Source: Myxococcota bacterium (lineage in GTDB: Bacteria; Myxococcota_C; UBA6777). Taken from it: a stretch of DNA of 35,398 bases. Positions 8,823 through 16,681 of the stretch are shown one piece after another. Within the stretch, counting starts at the first letter, position 1. Each line of letters opens with the position of its first letter. The notes under the pieces were generated by a model, which was not told the origin of the DNA, did no database searches, and saw only the letters and a list, made by a program, of their open reading frames with translations. The position numbers and the translations under genes are program-made. The stretch is from positions 1-35,398 of the forward strand of contig JAKLKB010000060.1 of NCBI GenBank assembly GCA_023150835.1, read 5' to 3'.

Positions 8823-9838
8823 GCTACGATGACTTGCTTGTATCCATCGCAGAAACCATCAAAGATTACAGGGAAGGCGAGATCGAGCCAAGAAATGAAC
8901 AATGCGTCGATCGGTGGGTTCAGCAGTTTGAGTCTGCGGTTCGTCGTCCCCTGTTGGTTGAGTTGGATTGGGTATTCAAGCAGACTTACCTTTCTCGCGC
9001 TGCGTTGGTAAGGGCTTTTACAGCATTGGTCAAAAAAAATTCGCCTGTGTATTGGAAAAACACACACTTCCTACAAATACAGCAAAACGGAAACAGCCAA
9101 AACGAGATGTTATCGCTTCTCAATGCTGCGATGTTGGATGTTCATGGCTTTGATCTCGGTGCTTGTGTCGGCGGTGAGCGGTATATGTACCTCGACGATA
9201 TCTCTTTTACAGGAAACCGCATCACAAATGATCTGATCCCTTGGATCAAGCAAGACGCTCCCAAAGAAACGGAGTTATGCATCGCGAGCGTGGTTCGACA
9301 TTCTTTTGGAGCCTACCAAGCCCATCAAAAATTAGAAGATGCAGTGAAGCAGTCAGGGAAATCGATCCACATCGATTGGCGATATTCCAAAGAGATGGAG
9401 AATCGCAAGACTTATCGTGACGATTCAGATGTGCTTTGGCCTTCGGTGCTTCCCGGTGATGTGTTTGTGCAAGAGTACCTCAGCGCGCAGAAATACCCCT
9501 TTGAGCCTCGCAATGCGGCTAGTCCCCCCCCCAGATACTTCTCTTCGGAAGAGGGACGCCAACTCTTGGAACGAGAGATGTTGCTTGCAGGCTTACAGAT
9601 CCGTTCCTTTTGCCAAAACCCCAAGGAGATCATGCGCCCTCTTGGTTATGGCCCTTTTGGGCTAGGGTTTGGCTCGACTTGGGTAACTTACCGTAATTGC
9701 CCAAACAACGCGCCTCTTGCGTTTTGGTGGGGTGATCCAGACTATCCGACAAACCATCCTTTTTCGCGTTGGTATCCTCTTTTTCCACGGAAAACATACG
9801 ACACGACGAACGAGGGCGTTTTTGATGACTTTGCTTAG
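8819..9838 (+). CDS. Phosphoribosyltransferase-like protein (PRTase-CE-like, conflict-system associated)
   Basis: PRPP-loop-like motif YMYLDDISFTG (9182-9214) and C-terminal GFG...YRNCPNN.PL.FW...WYPLFPR; GAGGAG RBS at 8805-8810 and ATGA overlap with the hsdM stop; 339 aa. Confidence 0.7.
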   Translation: MSYDDLLVSIAETIKDYREGEIEPRNEQCVDRWVQQFESAVRRPLLVELDWVFKQTYLSRAALVRAFTALVKKNSPVYWKNTHFLQIQQNGNSQNEMLSLLNAAMLDVHGFDLGACVGGERYMYLDDISFTGNRITNDLIPWIKQDAPKETELCIASVVRHSFGAYQAHQKLEDAVKQSGKSIHIDWRYSKEMENRKTYRDDSDVLWPSVLPGDVFVQEYLSAQKYPFEPRNAASPPPRYFSSEEGRQLLEREMLLAGLQIRSFCQNPKEIMRPLGYGPFGLGFGSTWVTYRNCPNNAPLAFWWGDPDYPTNHPFSRWYPLFPRKTYDTTNEGVFDDFA

Positions 9839-12122
9839 ACAACACCTTCCTGAACAAGCACGCACTTATGAGCGCCAGACCAGCGTTGTTTTTCTCAAGA
9901 CGAAAGAGGCGTTTGGTGGACTGTCCAACATGGCGGGCGGCTATCCTTTGCGCGTGAACCGCATCGTGCTTCTCACATCCGAAGCCCTCTATCAAGCCTG
10001 CCGCTTTCCCCATCTTCCCGATGTTCAGCGCATCATCCTTGCGGAAAAAAGCCCCATGACCGCAAAGATGCGTACGAAACCCTATCGTGCAGACTCTCGG
10101 CCTGATTGGGATCACGTTCGCGTCAAGATCATGCGTTGGTGTTTGCGTGTGAAACTTGCCCTTCACTGGGACAGCTTTGGCGAGCTGCTGCTCAGTACAG
10201 AAGAGCGCCCCATCGTCGAAGAATCCCGAAAAGATGATTTCTGGGGAGCCAAGCCCACGGATAGCCAGACGCTCGTTGGAATGAACGTGTTAGGCCGCTT
10301 GTTGATGGAACTCCGCGAAGCTATCAAAACAGAACCGAAAGAAGCGTTGTTGCGTGTCGAACCGCTCAACATCCAGCGTTTCTTGCTGCTCGATGCAGCC
10401 ATCGAAACGGTTGTCTCCCCAACTCTCTCGACGCCGCGCACATTGCACATCGTCCCCGCCTTCTTTCCCACGCCCTCCCCACCACCCGCACAGATCTCAC
10501 TCTTCGACACGAACCCTCCTTCACACGCCGAACGTGCAGACACCGTTATTCCTTCGCAGCTTCACACCGCAAATACAGCTTCTCCCCCTCACGTCTTGGA
10601 TACATCCATGAACACAACCACGACCGAACCTTCCACCGCGACCACCGAACCTTCCCTCCCACACCCACCACGCAACCCTCAACCTTATCCAGCCTACAAG
10701 GCTTCGGGTTCACCTTGGATCGGACAAGTGCCTGAACATTGGGAAGTGAAGCAAGCAAAGCACTTGGGTTCTTTTTTTAAAGGGGTAGGAGGAACGAAAG
10801 AAGACAATGTTCTTTTGGGGGTTCCATGTGTTCGCTACGGTGATCTTTACACAACACACCATAGCTTCATCCGCCGCAGCAAAGTATTTGTTCACGAGGG
10901 GCGTACGCACGATTACACGCCGATCCAGTACGGTGATGTTCTTTTTGCTGCGTCTGGCGAAACAATCGAAGAGATCGGTAAGTCCGCCGTAAATTTGATG
11001 CGAGAGTCCGCTGTTTGCGGCGGTGATACAATCATTTTGCGCCCAAATTCTTTTATTTATCCACCATTTTTAGGTTATGCAACAGATTGTCGGACATCCC
11101 AAACACAAAAGGCGATGATGGGCAGAGGAACCACAGTCAAACATATTTACCCAAGCGAACTCAAAAATCTCTTGATGCCGCTCCCTCCGTTGGAGGAGCA
11201 GGCCGCAATGGTGCGTTATCTCGATGATGCGTGTGGTCGTCTGGATCGAGCGATTCGAGCGAAGCGAAAGATGCTCGCGCTGCTTCACGAACAAAAGCAA
11301 GCCATCATTCACCGCGCTGTCACCCAAGGTCTCGACCCTCACGCACCCCGCAAACCGTCGGGCATCCCTTGGCTCGGTGAGATTCCGCAGCATTGGGAGG
11401 TGTTGCGGTTGGGGAGAGTAACGAATCTTATAACGGGGTATCCCTTCAAAAGCGAATGTTTCACGCAAAAGGAATCTGCGACGCGGCTTCTCAGAGGGAT
11501 CAATGTAACGCCAGCAGGATTGCGGTGGGACTCGACCGTTCGATGGGAACGAGCGTACAATGACGGTCTCGATGTGTTCTGCCTTGAAGTCGGTGACATC
11601 ATATTAGGGATGGATCGCCCAATCATCGCGTCTGGCGTTCGTGCTGCACAAGTTGAAGCGAAGGATGTCCCATCGCTTCTGCTTCAGCGAGTCGCCCGAA
11701 TTCGGCCAACTGAGAGACTGGACAACAGCTTCCTACTTATGTTGCTGAGAGGGAAACTCTTTGCTTATTACATCGCTCCAATTTTCACTGGCATAAGCGT
11801 GCCGCATCTTAGTCCAGAGCAAATTCTGAATTTCAAAATCGTGCTCCCGCCAAAGTCTGAGCAATCGGAAATCGTGCGATACGTTGAGGCGGAAACCGTA
11901 TCCCTAAATACCGCCATTGCCCGCATCGAAAGAGAAATCGCTTTACTGCAAGAGTACCGCACGCGGTTGGTGTCGGATGTGGTGACGGGGAAGTGGGATG
12001 TGCGAGAGGCGGCCAAGCATGTGAGGGAGATTTCGTATGGGGAGGATGCGGTCGATGGGGAGGATGTGGAGGGTGATGGGTTGGTTGAAGATGCGGACGA
12101 GGCGGAGGATGCGGAGGGATGA
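9825..12122 (+). CDS. hsdS: NADAR (YbiA-like N-glycosidase) domain fused to type I R-M specificity subunit HsdS
   Basis: N-terminal NADAR motifs (FGGLSNM, TSEALYQA, DW..VRV.IM, LL.T..RPIVEES..D.FWG, GMNVLGRLLMELR), a Pro/Thr-rich linker, then two TRD plus conserved-helix repeats of HsdS (PWIGQVPEHW...PLPPLEEQ; PWLGEIPQHW...LPPKSEQ...LVSDVVTGK). No in-frame stop; ATG 9825 overlaps the upstream gene by 14 nt. Confidence 0.9.
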   Translation: MTLLRQHLPEQARTYERQTSVVFLKTKEAFGGLSNMAGGYPLRVNRIVLLTSEALYQACRFPHLPDVQRIILAEKSPMTAKMRTKPYRADSRPDWDHVRVKIMRWCLRVKLALHWDSFGELLLSTEERPIVEESRKDDFWGAKPTDSQTLVGMNVLGRLLMELREAIKTEPKEALLRVEPLNIQRFLLLDAAIETVVSPTLSTPRTLHIVPAFFPTPSPPPAQISLFDTNPPSHAERADTVIPSQLHTANTASPPHVLDTSMNTTTTEPSTATTEPSLPHPPRNPQPYPAYKASGSPWIGQVPEHWEVKQAKHLGSFFKGVGGTKEDNVLLGVPCVRYGDLYTTHHSFIRRSKVFVHEGRTHDYTPIQYGDVLFAASGETIEEIGKSAVNLMRESAVCGGDTIILRPNSFIYPPFLGYATDCRTSQTQKAMMGRGTTVKHIYPSELKNLLMPLPPLEEQAAMVRYLDDACGRLDRAIRAKRKMLALLHEQKQAIIHRAVTQGLDPHAPRKPSGIPWLGEIPQHWEVLRLGRVTNLITGYPFKSECFTQKESATRLLRGINVTPAGLRWDSTVRWERAYNDGLDVFCLEVGDIILGMDRPIIASGVRAAQVEAKDVPSLLLQRVARIRPTERLDNSFLLMLLRGKLFAYYIAPIFTGISVPHLSPEQILNFKIVLPPKSEQSEIVRYVEAETVSLNTAIARIEREIALLQEYRTRLVSDVVTGKWDVREAAKHVREISYGEDAVDGEDVEGDGLVEDADEAEDAEG

Positions 12123-12170
12123 CCGAAGGGCAAGAGAGAGGTGTGGTGATAGGAAAGAGAGGAGGAAGGT

Positions 12171-13202
12171 TTGGCGAAGCAGAAGAAGCAGAGCAAAGGC
12201 GCGGAAGAGAGTACGCCGTTTGATGAATTGATGAAGCATCTCGCGGATCGGTATGGGCGTGAGTTGGTGACGTATTTGGGGGGATTGTCGGAGGTGGAGC
12301 GTTGTGAGTCTGTCGGCGGAGAAGTGGAGATCACGCATCGTTTGACAGATCGGGTATTTCGGGTGAAAGCAAAGTTATCCCCCGAAGGAGAACAGGAAGA
12401 GTTTTTGGTGCATTTGGAGTTTGAGTCGTCTTACAACAAGTGGATGGGACAACGCTTGGGGACATACGGTTGGCATCTTTGCGAGAGAGAGAACTTGCCA
12501 GTGATGCACCTCGTTTGGTATGTGAGCGAAGAAACTCCGTCGTACTGGCCTTTGGGAGAATGGCAAAGAGAACGGGAAGAGGAGATGTGGATCGGGGGTC
12601 GGTTGGTGGGGTTGGTGTGTTGGCGGGAGATCTGGTTTTCAGGGAAGTACAAGGCTGAAGATTTTGTGAAAGAAGCACCAGCGTACTTGCTGCCGTTTGC
12701 GGCGTTGATGGAAGGGGCAGAGCGGCCCTTTATCAAGAGACTGGCCGAGGCGATTATGAAGAGCGATGTTTCCGAACAGCACAAACAAGACTTGTTGTTG
12801 ATGGCAAGTTTTTTGTTTGCGCGTTTTTTTGGAGTCCAGATCGTGCAAGAGGAGATCAAGATGAGCTTGCTTGAACCGAATCCATTGGTTGAGTACTTCA
12901 TGCAAAGAGGCCAAGAGAAAGGAAGACAGGAAGGAAGGCAAGAGATTATCGAAAAGATGTTGGGGCAGGGCCTTCCTCCGCAAGTGGTGGCCAATTTCAC
13001 TGGCTTATCGGTCGAAGAGGTGGAAGAGATCAAAGAAGCGCGGCGAGAAAAAACGCAGAGCAAGCAGCGTGTTGTGTTGCGGATGTTGGAGCGTGGCTTT
13101 TCTGTGGAAGAGATCGTTGATGTGACAGAGATGAAAAGAGAAGAGATCGAGCGTATTCAAGAGCAAACCAGCAGCAAGGGGATGCCCGAAGGGGAGGGGT
13201 GA
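12171..13202 (+). CDS. Rpn/YhgA-like PD-(D/E)XK nuclease (putative-transposase family)
   Basis: FD.LMK.L N-terminus, TDRVF...VHLEFES nuclease-like motif, LPV...V.Y, GQEKGRQEGRQE segment and C-terminal ML..G......I...T.L..EE motifs; TTG start after GGAGG. Confidence 0.75.
   Translation: MAKQKKQSKGAEESTPFDELMKHLADRYGRELVTYLGGLSEVERCESVGGEVEITHRLTDRVFRVKAKLSPEGEQEEFLVHLEFESSYNKWMGQRLGTYGWHLCERENLPVMHLVWYVSEETPSYWPLGEWQREREEEMWIGGRLVGLVCWREIWFSGKYKAEDFVKEAPAYLLPFAALMEGAERPFIKRLAEAIMKSDVSEQHKQDLLLMASFLFARFFGVQIVQEEIKMSLLEPNPLVEYFMQRGQEKGRQEGRQEIIEKMLGQGLPPQVVANFTGLSVEEVEEIKEARREKTQSKQRVVLRMLERGFSVEEIVDVTEMKREEIERIQEQTSSKGMPEGEG
12849..12863 (+). promoter_or_regulatory. Putative internal ribosome-binding site and in-frame ATG within the Rpn-like gene
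   Basis: GAGGAG-atcaag-ATG, with ATG at 12861 in frame with 12171; would yield a 113-aa C-terminal protein. Confidence 0.5.
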
Positions 13203-13310
13203 GGGGCAGCACGAAAAAGGAGCGTGTGACACGGAGTGTCGGAAGAAGGTGTTAGAGAGGAAAAGGCAGGGACGAAGGTCATCCATCACGAGGAAAGAGG
13301 AGGAAGTCTG

Positions 13311-16300
13311 ATGCGTGTCACAGATATCTCGGAGAAGGGTTTGGAGTTGTTGATCGTGGGGGAGATGACAGGGACGGATGGGGTGACACCACAAGCGGAG
13401 ACTCTTTCGGAAAACGCGGTGGGGCCGAGCAGTACTTATGCAGCGAACAAAAAGGGCTGGTTGTTGGGGAGGGCCAAGGATTATGATCGGGGCCACGCGT
13501 TGGATCTTGTGCAGCTATGTGCCTTTTTGCACGCGACGCAGCCCACGCTGTTTGAGAAAGTCCCCTTGCACGGGGAGCTTGATCCCAAGGATAGTCAGAC
13601 TGCGAAGTTTCTTGCGCGGCTATCATCGGAGATCGGAAAGGTGGGGGTGGTGGATGTCTTGCGGAAGGGGATAGAACACGGGCCGCACCATGTGTGGCTC
13701 TTTTATGGAACGCCCTCGGAAGGGAACACCACCGCAGAGATATTGCACACACAAAACCGTTTTAGCGTGACACGGCAGTTGCGTTACAGCCACGACGAGA
13801 CACGGAACGCGTTGGATCTGGTGTTGTTTGTGAACGGCCTTCCCATCGCGACGTTGGAACTCAAGAACAGCCTGACCAAGCAAACGGTGGCGGATGCAGT
13901 CGAGCAGTACAAGACAGATCGAGATAAGCGAGAAAAGCTGTTTGGTTTGGGTCGTTGTGTGGTGCATTTTGCGGTAGATGATGCAGAAGTGCGGATGTGT
14001 ACGGAGCTACAGGGGAAAGCGTCGTGGTTTTTGCCCTTTAACAAGGGTTGGGAGGATGGCGCGGGGAATCCGCCGAATCCAGCGGGACTCAAGACGGATT
14101 ATTTGTGGAAGGATATCTTTGCGCCGAAGAGTTTGATACATCTGCTCGAACATTTTGCACAGATGGTGGAGATCAAAGATCCTGAAACGAACAAGAAGAA
14201 GAAGTATCAGCTTTTTCCGCGCTATCACCAACTGGATGTGGTGCGATGTTGCCTTGCGGATGTGCAACGCCGTGGCGTGGGGGGGCGTTATCTGATCCAG
14301 CACTCGGCGGGGAGTGGGAAATCGAACTCGATAGCTTGGTTGGCGCATCAACTGGTGGGGCTTCAACAAGAGGGACAGTCGGTCTTTGATTCGGTGGTGG
14401 TGTTGACGGATCGACGGGTGTTGGACAACCAACTGGCGCAGACGATTCGACAATTGATGCAGATCAGGGCAACGGTGGGACACGCGCAAGAGGCAGGTGA
14501 TCTCAAGCGATTTTTGCAGGAAGGCAAAAAGATCATCATCAGTACAATTCAAAAGTTTCCCTTCATTTTGGAGGAACTCAGCGGGGAGGACAAAGGGCGG
14601 AAGTTTGCGTTGATCATCGACGAAGCCCATTCGAGCCAAGGCGGGAAAAGTTCAACGGCGGTGAATACGGCCTTGTCGGAGGGGTTGTCTGTGGAGGAAG
14701 AGGAAGATGGGGAGGATCTGATCAACCGCGCACTCGAACAACGGAGTGCATCGAGGAAGATGTTGAGCAACGCGAGTTACTTTGCGTTCACGGCGACGCC
14801 CAAGAACAAGACGTTGGAGATGTTTGGAGAGGGGCTTCCAGCCGATGCAGAAGGCAGAGTGAGATATCGGCCATTCCATCATTATTCGATGAAACAGGCG
14901 ATCCAAGAGGGTTTTATCTTGGATGTGCTCAAGAGTTTCACGCCGATCCAGAGCTATTACAGGCTGACAAAGACCATCGAGGGAGATCCCGAATTTGACG
15001 TGCGGAGGGCGCAAAAAAAGCTGCGCCGTTATGTCGAAAGCCACGAGTATGCGATCCGTTTGAAGGCGGAGATCATGGTGGATCACTTTCATGAGCGGGT
15101 GAGCGGGTTAAAAAAGATCGGTGGAAAAGCGCGAGCGATGGTGGTTTGCAATGGTATTGCGCGAGCCATCGAGTATTTTCGGGCATTTCAGGCGTATTTG
15201 ACGGAGCGAAAAAGCTCCTACAAAGCCATCGTCGCCTTTTCGGGGGAGTTTTTACATCAAGGGATCAACGAAACGGAAGCGTCGTTGAATGGCTTTGCGA
15301 GTGATGCCATCGCGAGCAAGATCAAAGAAGATCCGTACCGTTTTTTGATCTGTGCAGACAAATTCCAAACGGGGTATGACGAACCGTTGTTGCATACGAT
15401 GTACGTAGACAAGCCGTTGTCGGGGATCAAAGCGGTGCAAACGCTGTCTCGTCTGAATCGCGCCCACCCAGAAAAGTACGATGTCTTCGTGCTGGACTTT
15501 TACAACGACGCCACAGCGATAGCGGATGCTTTTTCAACGTACTACCGAACAACCGTCTTGAGCGAAGGAACCGATCCGAATCGGTTGAACGATCTGAAGC
15601 GTGATCTGGATCGGTTGGGTGTGTACGCTGCGGAGGAAGTTGAGCGGTTGGTGGGTCTGTTTCTTTCGGGTGCATCGCGGGAAAAGATCGATCCGCTGTT
15701 GGACATCTGGGTGTCAGAGTATCAAGGCTTGGACGAAGAAGAACAGATCGAATTCAAGGGGAAAGCCAAAGCCTTTGTGCGTGTGTACAGTTTTTTGGCG
15801 TCGGTATCATCGTATCCTCACGCAGGATGGGAGGGTTTGTCGATTGTGTTGAATTTGCTGATTCCCAAGCTACCCGCGCCAAAAGAGGAAGATCGGGCCA
15901 AAGGCATCCTTGAGACGGTGGATATGGAGAGTTATCGTGCAGAAAAGCAGGCCGTACAAAGTCTGCGGCTTGTTGATGCAGATGCGGAGATCGCGCCTGT
16001 TCCTGTGGAGAACGGTGGGGGGCGGGGAGAAGCAGAGATGGATCGTTTGAGCAGGATCCTTGATGCGTTCAATGCGCATTTTGGGGCATTGTTCACCGAC
16101 GCGGATCGGGTGATACGACGTATTCGCGAAGATATAGCGCCCAAAGTCGCCGCAGATACAGCCTACCAAAACGCCAAAAACAACACACCTGCGACTGCGC
16201 GAATCGAACACGACAAAGTGTTGGATAGAGTGATGCTTTCCTTGTTGAAGGATGACACCGAAGTCTATAAACAATTCCAAAACAACGACCAGTTCAAGCG

Positions 16301-16370
16301 AGAGGTGCGGGATCTGGTGTATCGGTTGACGAGCGGAGGCTTGGCTGAAGGCAAGAAAGATGTGGTTTGA
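13311..16370 (+). CDS. hsdR: Type I restriction endonuclease subunit R
   Basis: Nuclease motif DLVLFVNGLPIATLELKN, Walker A HSAGSGKS, DEAH box, FTATPK, FQTGYDEP, QTLSRLNR; ATG 13311 follows GAGGAGG. Confidence 0.95.
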   Translation: MRVTDISEKGLELLIVGEMTGTDGVTPQAETLSENAVGPSSTYAANKKGWLLGRAKDYDRGHALDLVQLCAFLHATQPTLFEKVPLHGELDPKDSQTAKFLARLSSEIGKVGVVDVLRKGIEHGPHHVWLFYGTPSEGNTTAEILHTQNRFSVTRQLRYSHDETRNALDLVLFVNGLPIATLELKNSLTKQTVADAVEQYKTDRDKREKLFGLGRCVVHFAVDDAEVRMCTELQGKASWFLPFNKGWEDGAGNPPNPAGLKTDYLWKDIFAPKSLIHLLEHFAQMVEIKDPETNKKKKYQLFPRYHQLDVVRCCLADVQRRGVGGRYLIQHSAGSGKSNSIAWLAHQLVGLQQEGQSVFDSVVVLTDRRVLDNQLAQTIRQLMQIRATVGHAQEAGDLKRFLQEGKKIIISTIQKFPFILEELSGEDKGRKFALIIDEAHSSQGGKSSTAVNTALSEGLSVEEEEDGEDLINRALEQRSASRKMLSNASYFAFTATPKNKTLEMFGEGLPADAEGRVRYRPFHHYSMKQAIQEGFILDVLKSFTPIQSYYRLTKTIEGDPEFDVRRAQKKLRRYVESHEYAIRLKAEIMVDHFHERVSGLKKIGGKARAMVVCNGIARAIEYFRAFQAYLTERKSSYKAIVAFSGEFLHQGINETEASLNGFASDAIASKIKEDPYRFLICADKFQTGYDEPLLHTMYVDKPLSGIKAVQTLSRLNRAHPEKYDVFVLDFYNDATAIADAFSTYYRTTVLSEGTDPNRLNDLKRDLDRLGVYAAEEVERLVGLFLSGASREKIDPLLDIWVSEYQGLDEEEQIEFKGKAKAFVRVYSFLASVSSYPHAGWEGLSIVLNLLIPKLPAPKEEDRAKGILETVDMESYRAEKQAVQSLRLVDADAEIAPVPVENGGGRGEAEMDRLSRILDAFNAHFGALFTDADRVIRRIREDIAPKVAADTAYQNAKNNTPATARIEHDKVLDRVMLSLLKDDTEVYKQFQNNDQFKREVRDLVYRLTSGGLAEGKKDVV

Positions 16371-16414
16371 GCGAAGAATGGCGCAGGCAACAAAACCCCC
16401 CGTGTACACACCCT

Positions 16415-16514
16415 CCCAAGCGGCGGAGTCGTTGGTTTGAAAAAACCCTGATCGTCCCGCCGATAGGGGGTCAAGGGGCGACAGTCTATGGCGGGGTGTG
16501 GGGTGAAACCCCAC
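16415..16514 (-). repeat. Dispersed ~100-bp intergenic repeat, copy B (more diverged)
   Basis: Reverse complement reads GTGGGGT-ttc-ACCCCAC...CCCCTTGACCCC...GGTTTTTTCAAACCAACGACTCCGCCGCTTGGG. Confidence 0.8.
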
Positions 16515-16589
16515 GAAGGCGAACCAACTGCGTCATACGAAATCCGCAGGGAGCGTGATCGAAGGAGAGCGCGAAGACGCCCTGTGCTT

Positions 16590-16615
16590 GGGCAGCCACA
16601 GGGGGCTGCCCCTAC
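16590..16615 (-). repeat. GTAG-type REP element
   Basis: Minus strand reads GTAG-GGGCAGCC-ccctgt-GGCTGCCC: a GTAG tetranucleotide followed by an 8-bp perfect palindrome. Confidence 0.75.
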
Positions 16616-16681
16616 ATTTTTACGATCACACAACGGGCGGATTTCGTCTAAGTCCTATGAGAATTTGAAGTGAGTGGGGGA

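Noticed and set aside
8819-10400. Canonical DarTG1 (DarT1-NADAR) system
   Set aside because: The gene next to NADAR shows a PRTase-type DD..TG loop, and I could not find DarT ADP-ribosyltransferase features in it.
12039-12122. Acidic C-terminal tail of HsdS as a DNA mimic
   Set aside because: Short low-complexity acidic tails are common; nothing beyond composition supports mimicry.
12171-13202. Insertion sequence
   Set aside because: No terminal inverted repeats or target duplication seen; Rpn-like proteins are not established IS transposases.
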